Below are positions 36,762 to 46,495 of a DNA stretch of 64,000 nt, piece after piece. Origin of the DNA: Acidobacteriota bacterium (lineage in GTDB: Bacteria; Acidobacteriota; UBA6911; RPQK01; JAJDTT01); contig OZ253580.1 of NCBI GenBank assembly GCA_965263035.1, positions 5,120,001-5,184,000 of the forward strand. Direction: 5' to 3'. The notes under the pieces are model-generated. The model saw nothing but the letters and a program-made list of their open reading frames with translations. It did no database searches and had not been told where the DNA came from. Every line of letters begins with the position of its first letter. Position 1 is the stretch's first letter. The position numbers were made by a program, and so were the translations under genes.

Positions 36762-38069
36762 CTACCCCTCGTTGGCCCGGAGCACGCGCAGGAAGTTTCC
36801 ACCCAGGATCTTGGCGATCTCCTCCACCGAGTAACCTCGCTCCAGGAGGCCACCCGCGAACTGCCGGTAGAGCCAGGTGTAGTCTTCCCGCCTCATGTCG
36901 ATGTCGGTCCCGATGCCCACGTGGTCGATCCCCACCAGCTTCACGATGTGGTCGATGTGGTCCAGGGTGCCTTCCACGTTGGAGCCATGAGTGATGAGTC
37001 CCGAGTGGGGTTGGACCCTCAGGAGGGGACTCAGAGGAGGCAGGCCCAAGACCTTGAGAGCGTTCTGCTTTTCGGCCGGGTCGCGGATGGCCGCGGCCAA
37101 GCGGAAAGGATCCGGATATCGTTCCGCCAGAAAGTTGCCGATCCGGGCTTGAGCGGTCCAGGTCCCCACCGTCCGGATCGCCTCCAGGTGTTCGGGGTCG
37201 TAATAGGCGCCGACTGCGATCAATCCGCCTTTTTTGGCCAGTGCCTTGATCAGATCGTCCGTGAGGTTTCGGACCGCGTCGACGAGTGCCCGGGCTCCCG
37301 AATGGGACGCGATGACCGGTTTCTCGGAGGCCTCGATGGCCTCCTGCATGGTCTGGTCCGAGGAATGGGACAGATCCACGAGGATCCCCAGGCGATTGCA
37401 CTCCCGCACCACCTCCAGACCGAAGTCGTTCAGTCCCAGGTCGTCGTCATCCAGGATTCCGGAGCAGGAATCGGCCCAAGAGGCGGGGAAGGCGTGAGCC
37501 AGCTCCAAACGGCGGAGTCCCAGCCTGTGGTAGACCCGAAGAGTGGCCAGGTCCTCGACCACGATGCCACTGTCCACGCCCAGCATGAGGGACAGCTTGC
37601 CTTCCGCACGGAAGCGTTCCAGATCATCCGCTGTGAGAGCCAGACCCACCTGCGGGTGGGCAGCGGCCGTCTCGTGGACGGCGTCCACTTCCAACAGGAA
37701 ACGCTTGACGGCGTCGGCGCCAGTGAAGACACTTCGAGCCAGGACATGCCCCGGCTCGGGGGAGGCGTAGACGTAAGGAGTGAAGTCTCCCACGATGAGC
37801 GCCTCGGTGACCGTCCCGATGCCCAAGACGGCGACGTCGATCCCATCCGCCAGCAGGGCCGCCGGATCGAAGGGGGTCTCCGACTCCTTGGGGAAGCGGA
37901 AGAATCGCGTCGTGACCGCAGGGTCGACGACGATGTTCTGCTGGAGAATTTCGGTGACCGGGTCCGCCTCCGGGGCATCGGGAGCGGGACCGGCGCAGGC
38001 TGCGCCCAACAACAGGCCGGCCAGCGCGGCCCCAAGCGTGGTAGAAAATGGGTTTGTACCTGCAGGCAT
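36762..38069 (-). CDS. Membrane dipeptidase (M19) family lipoprotein, paralog 2
   Basis: Highly similar tandem copy of 35298-36605. Confidence 0.85.
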   Translation of the reverse strand: MPAGTNPFSTTLGAALAGLLLGAACAGPAPDAPEADPVTEILQQNIVVDPAVTTRFFRFPKESETPFDPAALLADGIDVAVLGIGTVTEALIVGDFTPYVYASPEPGHVLARSVFTGADAVKRFLLEVDAVHETAAAHPQVGLALTADDLERFRAEGKLSLMLGVDSGIVVEDLATLRVYHRLGLRRLELAHAFPASWADSCSGILDDDDLGLNDFGLEVVRECNRLGILVDLSHSSDQTMQEAIEASEKPVIASHSGARALVDAVRNLTDDLIKALAKKGGLIAVGAYYDPEHLEAIRTVGTWTAQARIGNFLAERYPDPFRLAAAIRDPAEKQNALKVLGLPPLSPLLRVQPHSGLITHGSNVEGTLDHIDHIVKLVGIDHVGIGTDIDMRREDYTWLYRQFAGGLLERGYSVEEIAKILGGNFLRVLRANEG

Positions 38070-38211
38070 GGATGAGTCGCCTCCTTTCCTGGTCCGCCCG
38101 GAAGTGTAGCGGAATGATCCGGGAAAGGCATGGCCCGTACCGGGGTCCGGTGGCGCTGGGAACCCGGTCAATGCAGGCTCGGGTATTCTGTGGTGCGGGA
38201 GGATAGGAAAG

Positions 38212-39945
38212 ATGCTTCACGTCGGATCGCTGGAGGAAGTTCGGTCCAGAAGTCCCCTGGTGGTGTCCAAGGGCCCGGTCCCCATCGTGATCTTCCACCA
38301 CGATGGGGAGCTGCACGCCGTCGACAACCGCTGCCCGCACATGGGTTTTCCGCTGCATCGCGGCACCGTGGAGGACGGCATCCTCACCTGCTACTGGCAC
38401 CATGCGCGCTTCGACCTGGTGAGCGGCTGCACCTTCAATCTCTTCGCCGACGATGTGGATTCCTACGGCGTCCAGGTCCGGGACGGGCAGGTCTTTCTGG
38501 ACGTCACGCCTCCCTCCGCCGACCCGGTCCAGCGCTGGAGCCGTCGGCTGAAGGAGGGGATGGAGCAGAACCTCAGCCTGATTGTGGGCAAGTCGGTGGT
38601 GGGCCTCCACCACTGCGGCGTCTCCCACGACCAGGTGGCACGGCAGGGGGCGCTCTACGGAGTCCGCCATCGCCGGGACTGGAGCTCGGGCCTGACCATC
38701 CTCAGCGCCATGGCCAACGTCTGCGACCGCCTGGAGGGGACGGAGCGGATCCCGCCCCTGTACCACGGACTGGTCCACATCGCCCGGGACTGCGCCGGCC
38801 GCACCCCCAAGTTCGAGATTCCGCCTCTTCAGAATCAGGAGATCCCGGCGGAGCATCTCAAGCGCTGGTTCCGGTACTTCGTGGAGGTGCGGAGCACCGA
38901 GGGCGCCGAGCGCTGCCTGCTGACCGCCATTCACAAGGGAATGTCGGACGCCCAACTGACCGACCTGGTCGGCGCCGCGGCCACCGACCACGTCTACCTG
39001 GACGGCGGTCACGTCATCGACTTCGTGAACAAGGCGTTCGAGCTGCTGGACCGGATCGGCTGGGAGCACGCCGGTCGGGTGTTGCCGTCCCTGATCCAGC
39101 CCCTCTGCCTGGCGGTGCGGAGCGAGGAGAGAAATCCGTGGCGCCACCCCATCGATCTGGTGCCCGTGCTGCGTCAGGCGGTGGCCCAAATCCCCGAGGC
39201 GCTGGAAACGGGGCAGGGAAAGACCTGGACCAAGCCAAAGGACTTCACTGATGCTCTGTTCAGCGACGATCCCCACACGCCTATCGAGGCTCTGTTGGAG
39301 GCGTTGCGCCAGGGTGCCCAGCCGATCCAACTGGCCCAGGCCGTCGCCTACTCCGCGGCGCTGCGCATCGTCCGCTTTCACGTTCAGAACGAGTTGGCCG
39401 ACTGGATCGCGGTCCTGCACACCTTCACTTACTCCAACGCCCTGTACCAGTTGCTCAAACGCAACCCGTCGCCCGATCTGACGAGGGGTGTCTTTCACGG
39501 CGCCATGCGGGTTTATCTGGACCGTTTCTTCAATATCCCGCCGGCGAGACTGCCATCAAGCCGGGCCTCGGCCGCGGCGGGGCTGAACGGAGATTCGATC
39601 CGGTCCCGCCTGCTGACCCTAATGAATCACCAACAGGAGACGGACCGAGCCGGCCAGATGGTCTGGAGTTACCTGGAGGGGGGCGGGTCCGAGGGTCCGC
39701 TCATCTCGGCCCTGACCGAGAGCCTGATGCGGGAGGACGCCAACTTCCACACGTTTCAGATGCTGGAGGCGGCCATTCGACAATACGCCGAGTCCGGGGA
39801 CCCGGAGGAGAAGCATCTCGTGATGGTCGGAGCCGCACGCTACCTGGCCGCCCACGCGCCGACGCAACGTGCCATGAACCAGACCCTCCGCGTCGCCATC
39901 CGCCTTCATCGAGGAGACCCGGTCTACGAACCGGAGACGGACTAG
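38212..39945 (+). CDS. Rieske [2Fe-2S] domain fused to a long helical domain
   Basis: NRCPHMG...CYWHHARFD. Confidence 0.85.
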   Translation: MLHVGSLEEVRSRSPLVVSKGPVPIVIFHHDGELHAVDNRCPHMGFPLHRGTVEDGILTCYWHHARFDLVSGCTFNLFADDVDSYGVQVRDGQVFLDVTPPSADPVQRWSRRLKEGMEQNLSLIVGKSVVGLHHCGVSHDQVARQGALYGVRHRRDWSSGLTILSAMANVCDRLEGTERIPPLYHGLVHIARDCAGRTPKFEIPPLQNQEIPAEHLKRWFRYFVEVRSTEGAERCLLTAIHKGMSDAQLTDLVGAAATDHVYLDGGHVIDFVNKAFELLDRIGWEHAGRVLPSLIQPLCLAVRSEERNPWRHPIDLVPVLRQAVAQIPEALETGQGKTWTKPKDFTDALFSDDPHTPIEALLEALRQGAQPIQLAQAVAYSAALRIVRFHVQNELADWIAVLHTFTYSNALYQLLKRNPSPDLTRGVFHGAMRVYLDRFFNIPPARLPSSRASAAAGLNGDSIRSRLLTLMNHQQETDRAGQMVWSYLEGGGSEGPLISALTESLMREDANFHTFQMLEAAIRQYAESGDPEEKHLVMVGAARYLAAHAPTQRAMNQTLRVAIRLHRGDPVYEPETD

Positions 39946-40132
39946 GAGCGGCGACTTTCTTGCCGCCGAACGGGAGCGGCGGCTTTCTTGCCGCCGATTA
40001 GGGGGGCAGGGGGGACGGAGTCCCCACTTTACGCTTTCCCGCCACCGAATCACATAGCAACAAAGAAGACGAGGCGACAAGAAAGTCGCCTGTACCTCTC
40101 CCAGTGGGCGACAAGAAAGTCGCCCCTCCTAC
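39943..40132. repeat. REP/BIME-like cluster between convergent genes
   Basis: Two GCGGCGRCTTTCTTGCCGCCG copies and two inverted GGCGACAAGAAAGTCGCC copies; same family at 60399-60456. Confidence 0.7.
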
Positions 40133-41343
40133 CGCGGACCCCGGTTGTGCCACCAGCGCAACTCCAGGCCCCGCTCGTTGACGGCGACCACGTCGGACCA
40201 CTCATCCCCGTCCATGTCCGCCACGATCACGGTGGCGCCCAGGATCCAATGCTCCTTCAGCGGGTGCTTCTTCCAGGGCGCTGTGGGATCTCCGGAATTC
40301 TCGAACCAGGCAATCTGTCCCTTCTGGCCGAACCCGGTGGCCACCACGTCCAGGTCGCCGTCTTTGTCCAGATCGTGGGGGACCCCCTCGAAGCCGTACC
40401 AGAAACCTTCCTGGATGTTGTGCATGCGCCAGCGGTGGCCCCGTCCGGGTTCGCCCGCGTTCTCGTACCAGACCAGATAGTGGCGGTCGGGAGCATCTCT
40501 CCCCAGCAGGCCGCCCGCCATGATCAGGTCCAGGTCGCCGTCCCGGTCGAGGTCGACGGGCGTCCCATGCATGGGCAGATGCCGGAGGCTGATGGTGTGC
40601 CGCCGCCAGGGACCGGAGGCCGGATTCCCGCTGTTCTCGTACCAGAGAACCATGCCGGCCACCCGGGCCGAACCCACCAGGTCCATGAGCCCGTCCCCGT
40701 TGAAGTCACCCGCGCGGATCATCCGGGTCTCGAACCGGCCTTCGTCCACGACGTGGGTGGGCCACTCTTCGTGCTGCCACGGACCGGGATTCCGATACCA
40801 GGTGAACTTGTTCCCGAGCCGCCAACTGGAGGCGGCCACGTCCGGGCGGCCGTCCCCGTCCAGATCGGCCACGTCCACATCGTAGGCCCCCATGAGGCCG
40901 CCGCTGGTGATGGAGTGCCTTTTCCACGATTTGGTCTGCGCCGGATTTCCCGGGTTCTCGAACCAGAAGACGTCGCCGTAGAAGTTGTCGATCCCCACCA
41001 GATCGATACGCCCGTCCTGGTTGATGTCCGCCAGCCGGTGCCGTTCGTAACGGCCTTGCCAGTCCTCGCTGGCGATGGAATGGCGCCGGAACTTGCCGGA
41101 TCCGTCGTTCTCGTACCAGTAGAAGGCGTTGTGGACGCGTGATCCCTTGGTCCCGCAATCGGAACTGGTGAGATCCAGGTCGCCGTCACCGTCCAGGTCG
41201 GCCGCGGCCACGGCGTAGGCGTAGGTGTAGTCGTTGGAGATGAGGTGTTCCTCGAACTTCAGGTCACGGGCCTGAAGCAGCAGGCTCGCAGTGACGAGGC
41301 CGAGACAGATTCCGTACGGGTATCGATACTTGGACCAATTCAT
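40129..41343 (-). CDS. FG-GAP/VCBS repeat protein
   Basis: Repeated ADLDGDGDLD...WYEN.G units. Confidence 0.85.
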   Translation of the reverse strand: MNWSKYRYPYGICLGLVTASLLLQARDLKFEEHLISNDYTYAYAVAAADLDGDGDLDLTSSDCGTKGSRVHNAFYWYENDGSGKFRRHSIASEDWQGRYERHRLADINQDGRIDLVGIDNFYGDVFWFENPGNPAQTKSWKRHSITSGGLMGAYDVDVADLDGDGRPDVAASSWRLGNKFTWYRNPGPWQHEEWPTHVVDEGRFETRMIRAGDFNGDGLMDLVGSARVAGMVLWYENSGNPASGPWRRHTISLRHLPMHGTPVDLDRDGDLDLIMAGGLLGRDAPDRHYLVWYENAGEPGRGHRWRMHNIQEGFWYGFEGVPHDLDKDGDLDVVATGFGQKGQIAWFENSGDPTAPWKKHPLKEHWILGATVIVADMDGDEWSDVVAVNERGLELRWWHNRGPR

Positions 41344-41533
41344 GACGCCTCCCGGTTGTCCAGAGACCATAGCTTGCCCGCTCTGCCGGTATCAAGGACC
41401 AGGCGCCGTCGGTTCCGGTCCCCACGAATGCCGATAGACTGAAGTGGTGATCAAGTTTTTCGAGAAACAATGAAACTTTCGCCCGGCTTTCGGGTTTCCA
41501 TTAAGACGATGGGATCGCAATCGCCAGTGCGTT

Positions 41534-42076
41534 ATGAACGACACTAGCGCTTTTGAAGCGTTCGTTTGCAAACACCAGGACCGGGTCTTCGGCATCGCCG
41601 TGCGGCTGCTGGGAGATGAGTCCGAGGCCGAGGATGTGTCCCAGACCGTCTTCCTGAAAGCGTTCGAACGATTCGAACGGTTGGGGAGCAACCCTGCGGC
41701 AGGAGGCTGGCTGCGAACCGTGACCACGAACCTGTGCCTGAACCTTCTGTCCCGCTATCGGGCTCGTTGGCGTCTGTTCAGCCAGCGATCGCCCGATGCA
41801 GCCGGAACCGGACGGAGCTACGAAGAGCGTCTGGTTATGCCCGGGTCCCAGTCGGTGGACCTGGAACGCGCCGAGGAGCATGCGCGATTGGAGCAGAGAA
41901 TTCGTGGGTTGCCGCCTCATCAACGTGTGCCGCTTGTGCTGTTTCATTTCGAAGATAAGAGTTATGGAGAGATCGCCGGAATCCTGGGTGTCACCCTGGC
42001 CAAGGTCAAGACCGACATCCACCGGGGCCGCCAGGCTCTCCGGCGCTTGATGGAGATGAACGATGAACGGCGATGA
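41534..42076 (+). CDS. ECF RNA polymerase sigma factor
   Basis: AEDVSQTVFLKA, WL..VT.NLC, SYGEIA.ILG....VKT.IHRGR. Confidence 0.9.
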   Translation: MNDTSAFEAFVCKHQDRVFGIAVRLLGDESEAEDVSQTVFLKAFERFERLGSNPAAGGWLRTVTTNLCLNLLSRYRARWRLFSQRSPDAAGTGRSYEERLVMPGSQSVDLERAEEHARLEQRIRGLPPHQRVPLVLFHFEDKSYGEIAGILGVTLAKVKTDIHRGRQALRRLMEMNDERR

Positions 42077-42515
42077 TCTGGAGTCCTTGATTGATCGAAG
42101 GCTGTCCCAACTCCCGCCGCCGCGTGCGCCGAGGACACTCGTTCCCCGGGTGATGGCTCGGGTTCGAAAGCGGCGTCGGAGACCTTGGTATGCGCAGCCT
42201 TGGATCGCTTGGCCGCGGGTTTGGCAAGTATTGTCGGTGACGCTGCTCCTGGGCCTTTGCAGTATGGCTTGGTACGTATTCGAAGGCGCACGTGGCCTTT
42301 TCGATTTCTACGGGGCCACGAGTGTAGAGACGAGCATCATCGCCGTCACCGACACGGTTGCGGCGCTGGCGGAAAGTGCGCGTATCCTGCGTCGTGTGAT
42401 TCTGGAACCGATTGCCGGACCTCTCATGTTCGTGATGGTGATCGTGTGCATGGCGAGCGCATTGCTCGGTGCGGCGCTGGCCCGTTTGCTCCAGGAAAGG
42501 GAGGCTGGACGATGA
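42063..42515 (+). CDS. Putative membrane anti-sigma factor
   Basis: L.QLP..RAP.TL..RVMARV followed by two transmembrane segments; coupled to the sigma gene. Confidence 0.7.
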   Translation: MNGDDLESLIDRRLSQLPPPRAPRTLVPRVMARVRKRRRRPWYAQPWIAWPRVWQVLSVTLLLGLCSMAWYVFEGARGLFDFYGATSVETSIIAVTDTVAALAESARILRRVILEPIAGPLMFVMVIVCMASALLGAALARLLQEREAGR

Positions 42516-43993
42516 AGTTCGCTTGGGGAATCTCGGGATTGTTGGCAGTGGCGCTGGGTCTCTCCGCGGGTTGTGCCGCCGATTCAAGCGGCCCTGAGGA
42601 ACCGCCGGTTCCAGGGATTCTGGAGGTCGGCAGCGATGACGGTGAAGTGGTGAAGATCGGAGGGAGCTACGTTCTCCGAAAAGATCAAGAGGTCGAAAGG
42701 CTCGTCGTCATCTCAGGTCTGGCCCGAATCGAAGGGACGGTCAAGGACGAAATCGTGGTGATCGCCGGCGGAGCGACGCTTGCCGGAAGTGCCCGCGTCC
42801 AGGGGAATGTCGTGGTCTTGGGAGGAACGGTCGAAGTCGAGGAGGGAGCCACCGTACGAGGAGATCTGGTGGTGCTTGGCGGCGGGTTGGAGGTTCCCCC
42901 CGGCTTTGAACCGGGCGGAGAACAGGTATCGATCGGGACGATCCCTACAGGAGGGATGCTGGCCGAAGTGATTCCCTGGTTCACCCAAGGGCTGTTTCTG
43001 GGCCGGCCTATCGTGCCGAGTCTGACCTGGATCTGGGCTGTCGTGGCCGTTCTGGCACTCTTGTATCTGCTGATCAACTTTATCTTCTCCGGTCCCGTGC
43101 ACGCTTGCGCTCAAGCTCTCGCCGACAAGCCGCTGAGCGTGGGTCTGGTGGGTATGTTGGTAGTGGTGTTGATTGCTCCCCTGTCTTTGATGCTGGTGGT
43201 GTCCGTTATCGGGCTGGTGCTGATTCCGTTCTTCTGGGTCATGCTCCTGGTCGCCGGACTCGTCGGGAGTGTGGGTGTGGCCCGCTGGATCGGAACCCGT
43301 GTTCTGGCTGAGGAATCTCCGGAGAACCGCGTCGATGCAGCGCGGTCGCTGCTCATCGGACTTGCCTTGATCACTCTGGTCTTCATGATTCCTGTCCTGG
43401 GTTTCGCCGCATGGTCCGTGTTGTGCGTACTGGCATTGGGCGCGGCGGCGACCGAAGCCTTTGCAGGGTTGAGGAGAGAGAATCCGGCCGCACCGTCCCC
43501 GGCCGCGCCATCGCCGCCGCCGGTACCGGCAGGAAGCGGACCAGTGGATGACAAAGCTGTGGAATCCGCCGCACTAACGGCATCGCAAGACGAACGCGTT
43601 TCGGCGGACGATCTTTCCGCGTTTCAGAGAGCCACCTTTCTGGTTCGACTGGGGGCTTTCCTGATTGATCTCGCCATGGTGGCCTTCTTGACGTACCTCC
43701 TGGAGATAGGAGGCGGAAAAACGTTTCTGCTTTTCTTGATCTATCGCATCGCACACTGGAGTTGGCAGGGGACGACGGTCGGCGGCATCATCTGCCGTTT
43801 GCGCGTCGTTCGCACCGATGGAACCCCGATCCGCTTCACCGAGGCGGCGGTGCGGGGACTCAGCAGCATTCTTTCGACGTTGGTCGTGGGATTGGGTTGG
43901 CTTTGGATTCTCTGGGATCCGGAGCGGCAGGCATGGCACGACAAGATCGCGGGTACCCTCGTGGTCCGGGTCCCGTCCGATTGGCCCCGGTGA
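42512..43993 (+). CDS. Membrane protein with bactofilin-like beta-helix N-terminus and C-terminal RDD domain
   Basis: V.GDLVVLGG repeats; multi-TM core; RLGAFLID, LRVVR.DG, RQAWHDKIAGT.VV. Confidence 0.75.
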   Translation: MKFAWGISGLLAVALGLSAGCAADSSGPEEPPVPGILEVGSDDGEVVKIGGSYVLRKDQEVERLVVISGLARIEGTVKDEIVVIAGGATLAGSARVQGNVVVLGGTVEVEEGATVRGDLVVLGGGLEVPPGFEPGGEQVSIGTIPTGGMLAEVIPWFTQGLFLGRPIVPSLTWIWAVVAVLALLYLLINFIFSGPVHACAQALADKPLSVGLVGMLVVVLIAPLSLMLVVSVIGLVLIPFFWVMLLVAGLVGSVGVARWIGTRVLAEESPENRVDAARSLLIGLALITLVFMIPVLGFAAWSVLCVLALGAAATEAFAGLRRENPAAPSPAAPSPPPVPAGSGPVDDKAVESAALTASQDERVSADDLSAFQRATFLVRLGAFLIDLAMVAFLTYLLEIGGGKTFLLFLIYRIAHWSWQGTTVGGIICRLRVVRTDGTPIRFTEAAVRGLSSILSTLVVGLGWLWILWDPERQAWHDKIAGTLVVRVPSDWPR

Positions 43994-44017
43994 TAACCGA
44001 AGTGACGGGCGGAAAAG

Positions 44018-44053
44018 TGTCCGAAATCGGACAGTTCGTCCCGATTTCGGACA
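44018..44053. promoter_or_regulatory. Palindrome array A1 (TGTCCGAWWTCGGACA x2)
   Basis: Boxes at 44018-44033 and 44038-44053, 20-bp period. Confidence 0.55.
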
Positions 44054-44157
44054 CCTGCGACCGACTCGATATAGCGTCACGGATTCCGCTGCCCATGGAC
44101 CTCTGTTACCCGGAAGGGCCACCCGGATTCGCGGATGATCTATCGTGGTCGGTTTAG

Positions 44158-44315
44158 CAGTCCGTGGTGAAAGTCCCGCGAGCACCGAGACCGTTCCTGC
44201 GCCCGCCGGACAAGGCGCGATGAGGGAGCATACCGGGAGTATGTGACCGAGTCGCAACGCAGTCCGCCGGGATGCAGGGACGGTCGAATGCCGTGACGAC
44301 TTTTGCCACGGGCTG
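44158..44315. mobile_element. 158-bp MITE, copy 2
   Basis: Same terminal repeats as copy 1; TTAG target duplication. Confidence 0.9.
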
Positions 44316-44335
44316 TTAGAGGTAGAAAATCTGCC

Positions 44336-44605
44336 ATGACCTCAACCATCGACAGAGCTGGCCGTATCGTGATTCCCAAGGCGATTCGAGACGCGGCGCG
44401 GCTGGAACCGGGTACCAGAGTCAGATTTCGGGTCGTTTCCGGACGGGTTCAGATTGAACCGGTGCCACTTGAAGTCACGCTTGAGCAGCGCGGTTCACTT
44501 GTCGTCGCCGTTCCGGGCCCGGACCAGCCGGCCTTGAAGGCCTCCACGGTGGAGCGCACGATGGATTTGGTTCATGATCGCGGAGCCGCGAAGGGTGCTT
44601 CCTGA
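44336..44605 (+). CDS. AbrB/MazE/VapB-type antitoxin
   Basis: TIDRAGRIVIPKAIRD...LEPG. Confidence 0.85.
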   Translation: MTSTIDRAGRIVIPKAIRDAARLEPGTRVRFRVVSGRVQIEPVPLEVTLEQRGSLVVAVPGPDQPALKASTVERTMDLVHDRGAAKGAS

Positions 44606-44673
44606 TTGAGTCGGTGTCTCTGCGACACCAGATGTCTCGTCCCAGCGGCGTACCGACCGCGTCATTTCCGCCA
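44606..44673 (+). pseudogene. Probable truncated PIN/VapC toxin start
   Basis: RCLCDTRCLV resembles the PIN beta1 DT motif; cut off by the convergent creD. Confidence 0.35.
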
Positions 44674-46038
44674 CTACGAAGACCCGGTTGATTCCGGAGG
44701 TTGGGAACCAGCCGTGTACCAGTCCACACGCCGCGTGGCGTACATGATTGCCGCGAGGATGGCGAGAAGGCCCAGCGATCCGATGAGAAGGGCATAGTCC
44801 TCGTTCATGAGGAGGATGTAGAGGTAGGCGTAGAGCAGGGCGACGCCGGCGGCGACAAGAAAAGCAAGCCGCATACGGTGCAGTATCGTAGCGGAGTACG
44901 CCCCCACCAGTGCGATGATCGAAACGCTCGCCAAAGCATAGGCGAGCGGGAAACCGATGTGCTCCGACAGTGAGAGTTCCAGCAGGTAGAAAAGACAGAG
45001 CGCGCCTCCGAGCATGAGGAATTGGATCGGATGGACGCGGACGCCGGCCAGGACTTCAATCAGCCAGACGATGGCGAAGGGGAGAAGGATGAAGAGGAAT
45101 GCGTACTTTGCGCTGCGCTCCGCCATCCGATAGTGGTCCACTGGATGGATCAGCTCGACGCCGAAGCGTGAGCCGTCGACGGCTTCGCTCATCTTGGCCT
45201 CGGCTATCCACGCCTGCGGGTAGTTTCGGCCGAGAAACGGGATGGACCACTTGGCTTGGAAGTCCGTAGCCGACACGGTGCGCTCGTTCGGGAGCCAGTT
45301 GCCTTGGAAGCTTGGATGCCCGTAGTCCGACTGGAGCTCGACGATCGTCTGCTGACCGAAGGGGGTGAGGTAGAGTCCGAGGCTGCCGTTCAGAGAGAGC
45401 GGGAAGGAGAATTTGAACCGCTCCGTTGCGTCCGCCACGCCAACCGCTGCGCGGATGCCCGCAACTCCGTCCAGGAAGGCTCCAGTCCCCGGAAGGAACG
45501 GTACCCGCTGGCCGTGCCACGACACGGCCGTCTCTTTCTGAATGGCGCGCGCGTCCGATATTCCGACTGCAAGATAGGCTCGCTCCCAGTCGACCGCCGC
45601 GGGTTCGACACTCAGCTCGGAAAAGCTGGGACGTGCAAACTCTCCTTCGACCGTGAGGCCGAGCCTGTAGACCGGAACCGAGAAAATCCCCCGATAGCGG
45701 GTCTCGCTGTCGATGGAGCCGCGAGTGTGGAGCCGCTCCGGCAGGAAGATGGCGTTCCGGACTTCGGTGCGAGTGATCTCTTGGCCGCCTGTTGGGAACT
45801 CGGTCCAACGCCAGGTGTAGGGAACGACCAGCGCCGGGCCGGTGATGACCTGGGCGTTTCCCCACTTTGACGAAACCTCCGCCACCGCCTCTTGACGACG
45901 CTCTTGGCGCTCGGAAACCAGTTCCGCAATCAGCGCGATCGGGATCTGGAGCAGTAGCGCCAGGAACCCGACCAACAAGAGGCGCAGCATCTGCGAACTG
46001 CGAAGCGAGGATGTCAACCGCTCGATCGAATCTTGCAT
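44674..46038 (-). CDS. creD: Inner membrane protein CreD
   Basis: LLLQIP, W...Q.ITGP, RYRGIFSVPVY, HPSFQG..LP, KYAFLF, VHPIQF, EDYALL.GS, TRRVDWY. Confidence 0.9.
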   Translation of the reverse strand: MQDSIERLTSSLRSSQMLRLLLVGFLALLLQIPIALIAELVSERQERRQEAVAEVSSKWGNAQVITGPALVVPYTWRWTEFPTGGQEITRTEVRNAIFLPERLHTRGSIDSETRYRGIFSVPVYRLGLTVEGEFARPSFSELSVEPAAVDWERAYLAVGISDARAIQKETAVSWHGQRVPFLPGTGAFLDGVAGIRAAVGVADATERFKFSFPLSLNGSLGLYLTPFGQQTIVELQSDYGHPSFQGNWLPNERTVSATDFQAKWSIPFLGRNYPQAWIAEAKMSEAVDGSRFGVELIHPVDHYRMAERSAKYAFLFILLPFAIVWLIEVLAGVRVHPIQFLMLGGALCLFYLLELSLSEHIGFPLAYALASVSIIALVGAYSATILHRMRLAFLVAAGVALLYAYLYILLMNEDYALLIGSLGLLAILAAIMYATRRVDWYTAGSQPPESTGSS

Positions 46039-46153
46039 TGAGTGCGCTCCGTAATCTTAGGGAGAATTCCGAAAAATAGCAGGAATACGGGCTCCTTGTA
46101 ACCGTTCCGTTTTTCGCGGGAGGCGGAAAGACCTCCGGTCTTGCTCGCTGAAC

Positions 46154-46479
46154 TGTCCGATTTCGGACAGTTTGTCCCGAAATCGGACAGTTGCAACGGA
46201 TTTTCCATGGGGTCACGTGCTTGCGCGAACGTGGTCTTGGGTTCTCTGAACGAGTTGCCTGGACTCACGGATGATCGGTGATGGTATGTTCAGGGGCAAC
46301 ACAACGGAAGACGGTACCCACAAGGGGCGGAAGAGGGCACCCACAAGGGGAGCCCCTACGGCGGCGACCCGGTGAGAATTTCGCGTCAGGTGCCCTTGCC
46401 GGGTCTGAGTAAAGCCGGACGGACTGTCCGAAAACGGACAAACTGTTCGAAATTGGGACGAACTGTCCGAAATCGGACA
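46154..46479. promoter_or_regulatory. Palindrome arrays A2 (46154-46189) and A3 (46425-46479), with REP copies at 46305-46359 between them
   Basis: Five TGTCCGANNNCGGACA-like boxes at 19-20 bp spacing in a divergent intergenic region. Confidence 0.55.
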
Positions 46480-46495
46480 CTGGAGGCGAGTTTCC

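Noticed and set aside
41471-41500. ECF autoregulatory promoter TGAAAC...
   Set aside because: The -35-like box is plausible but there is no convincing -10 element.
44018-46479. CRISPR array or confirmed transposon
   Set aside because: Repeats are 16 bp with 3-4 bp gaps and no unique spacers; no cas genes, transposase or target duplication.
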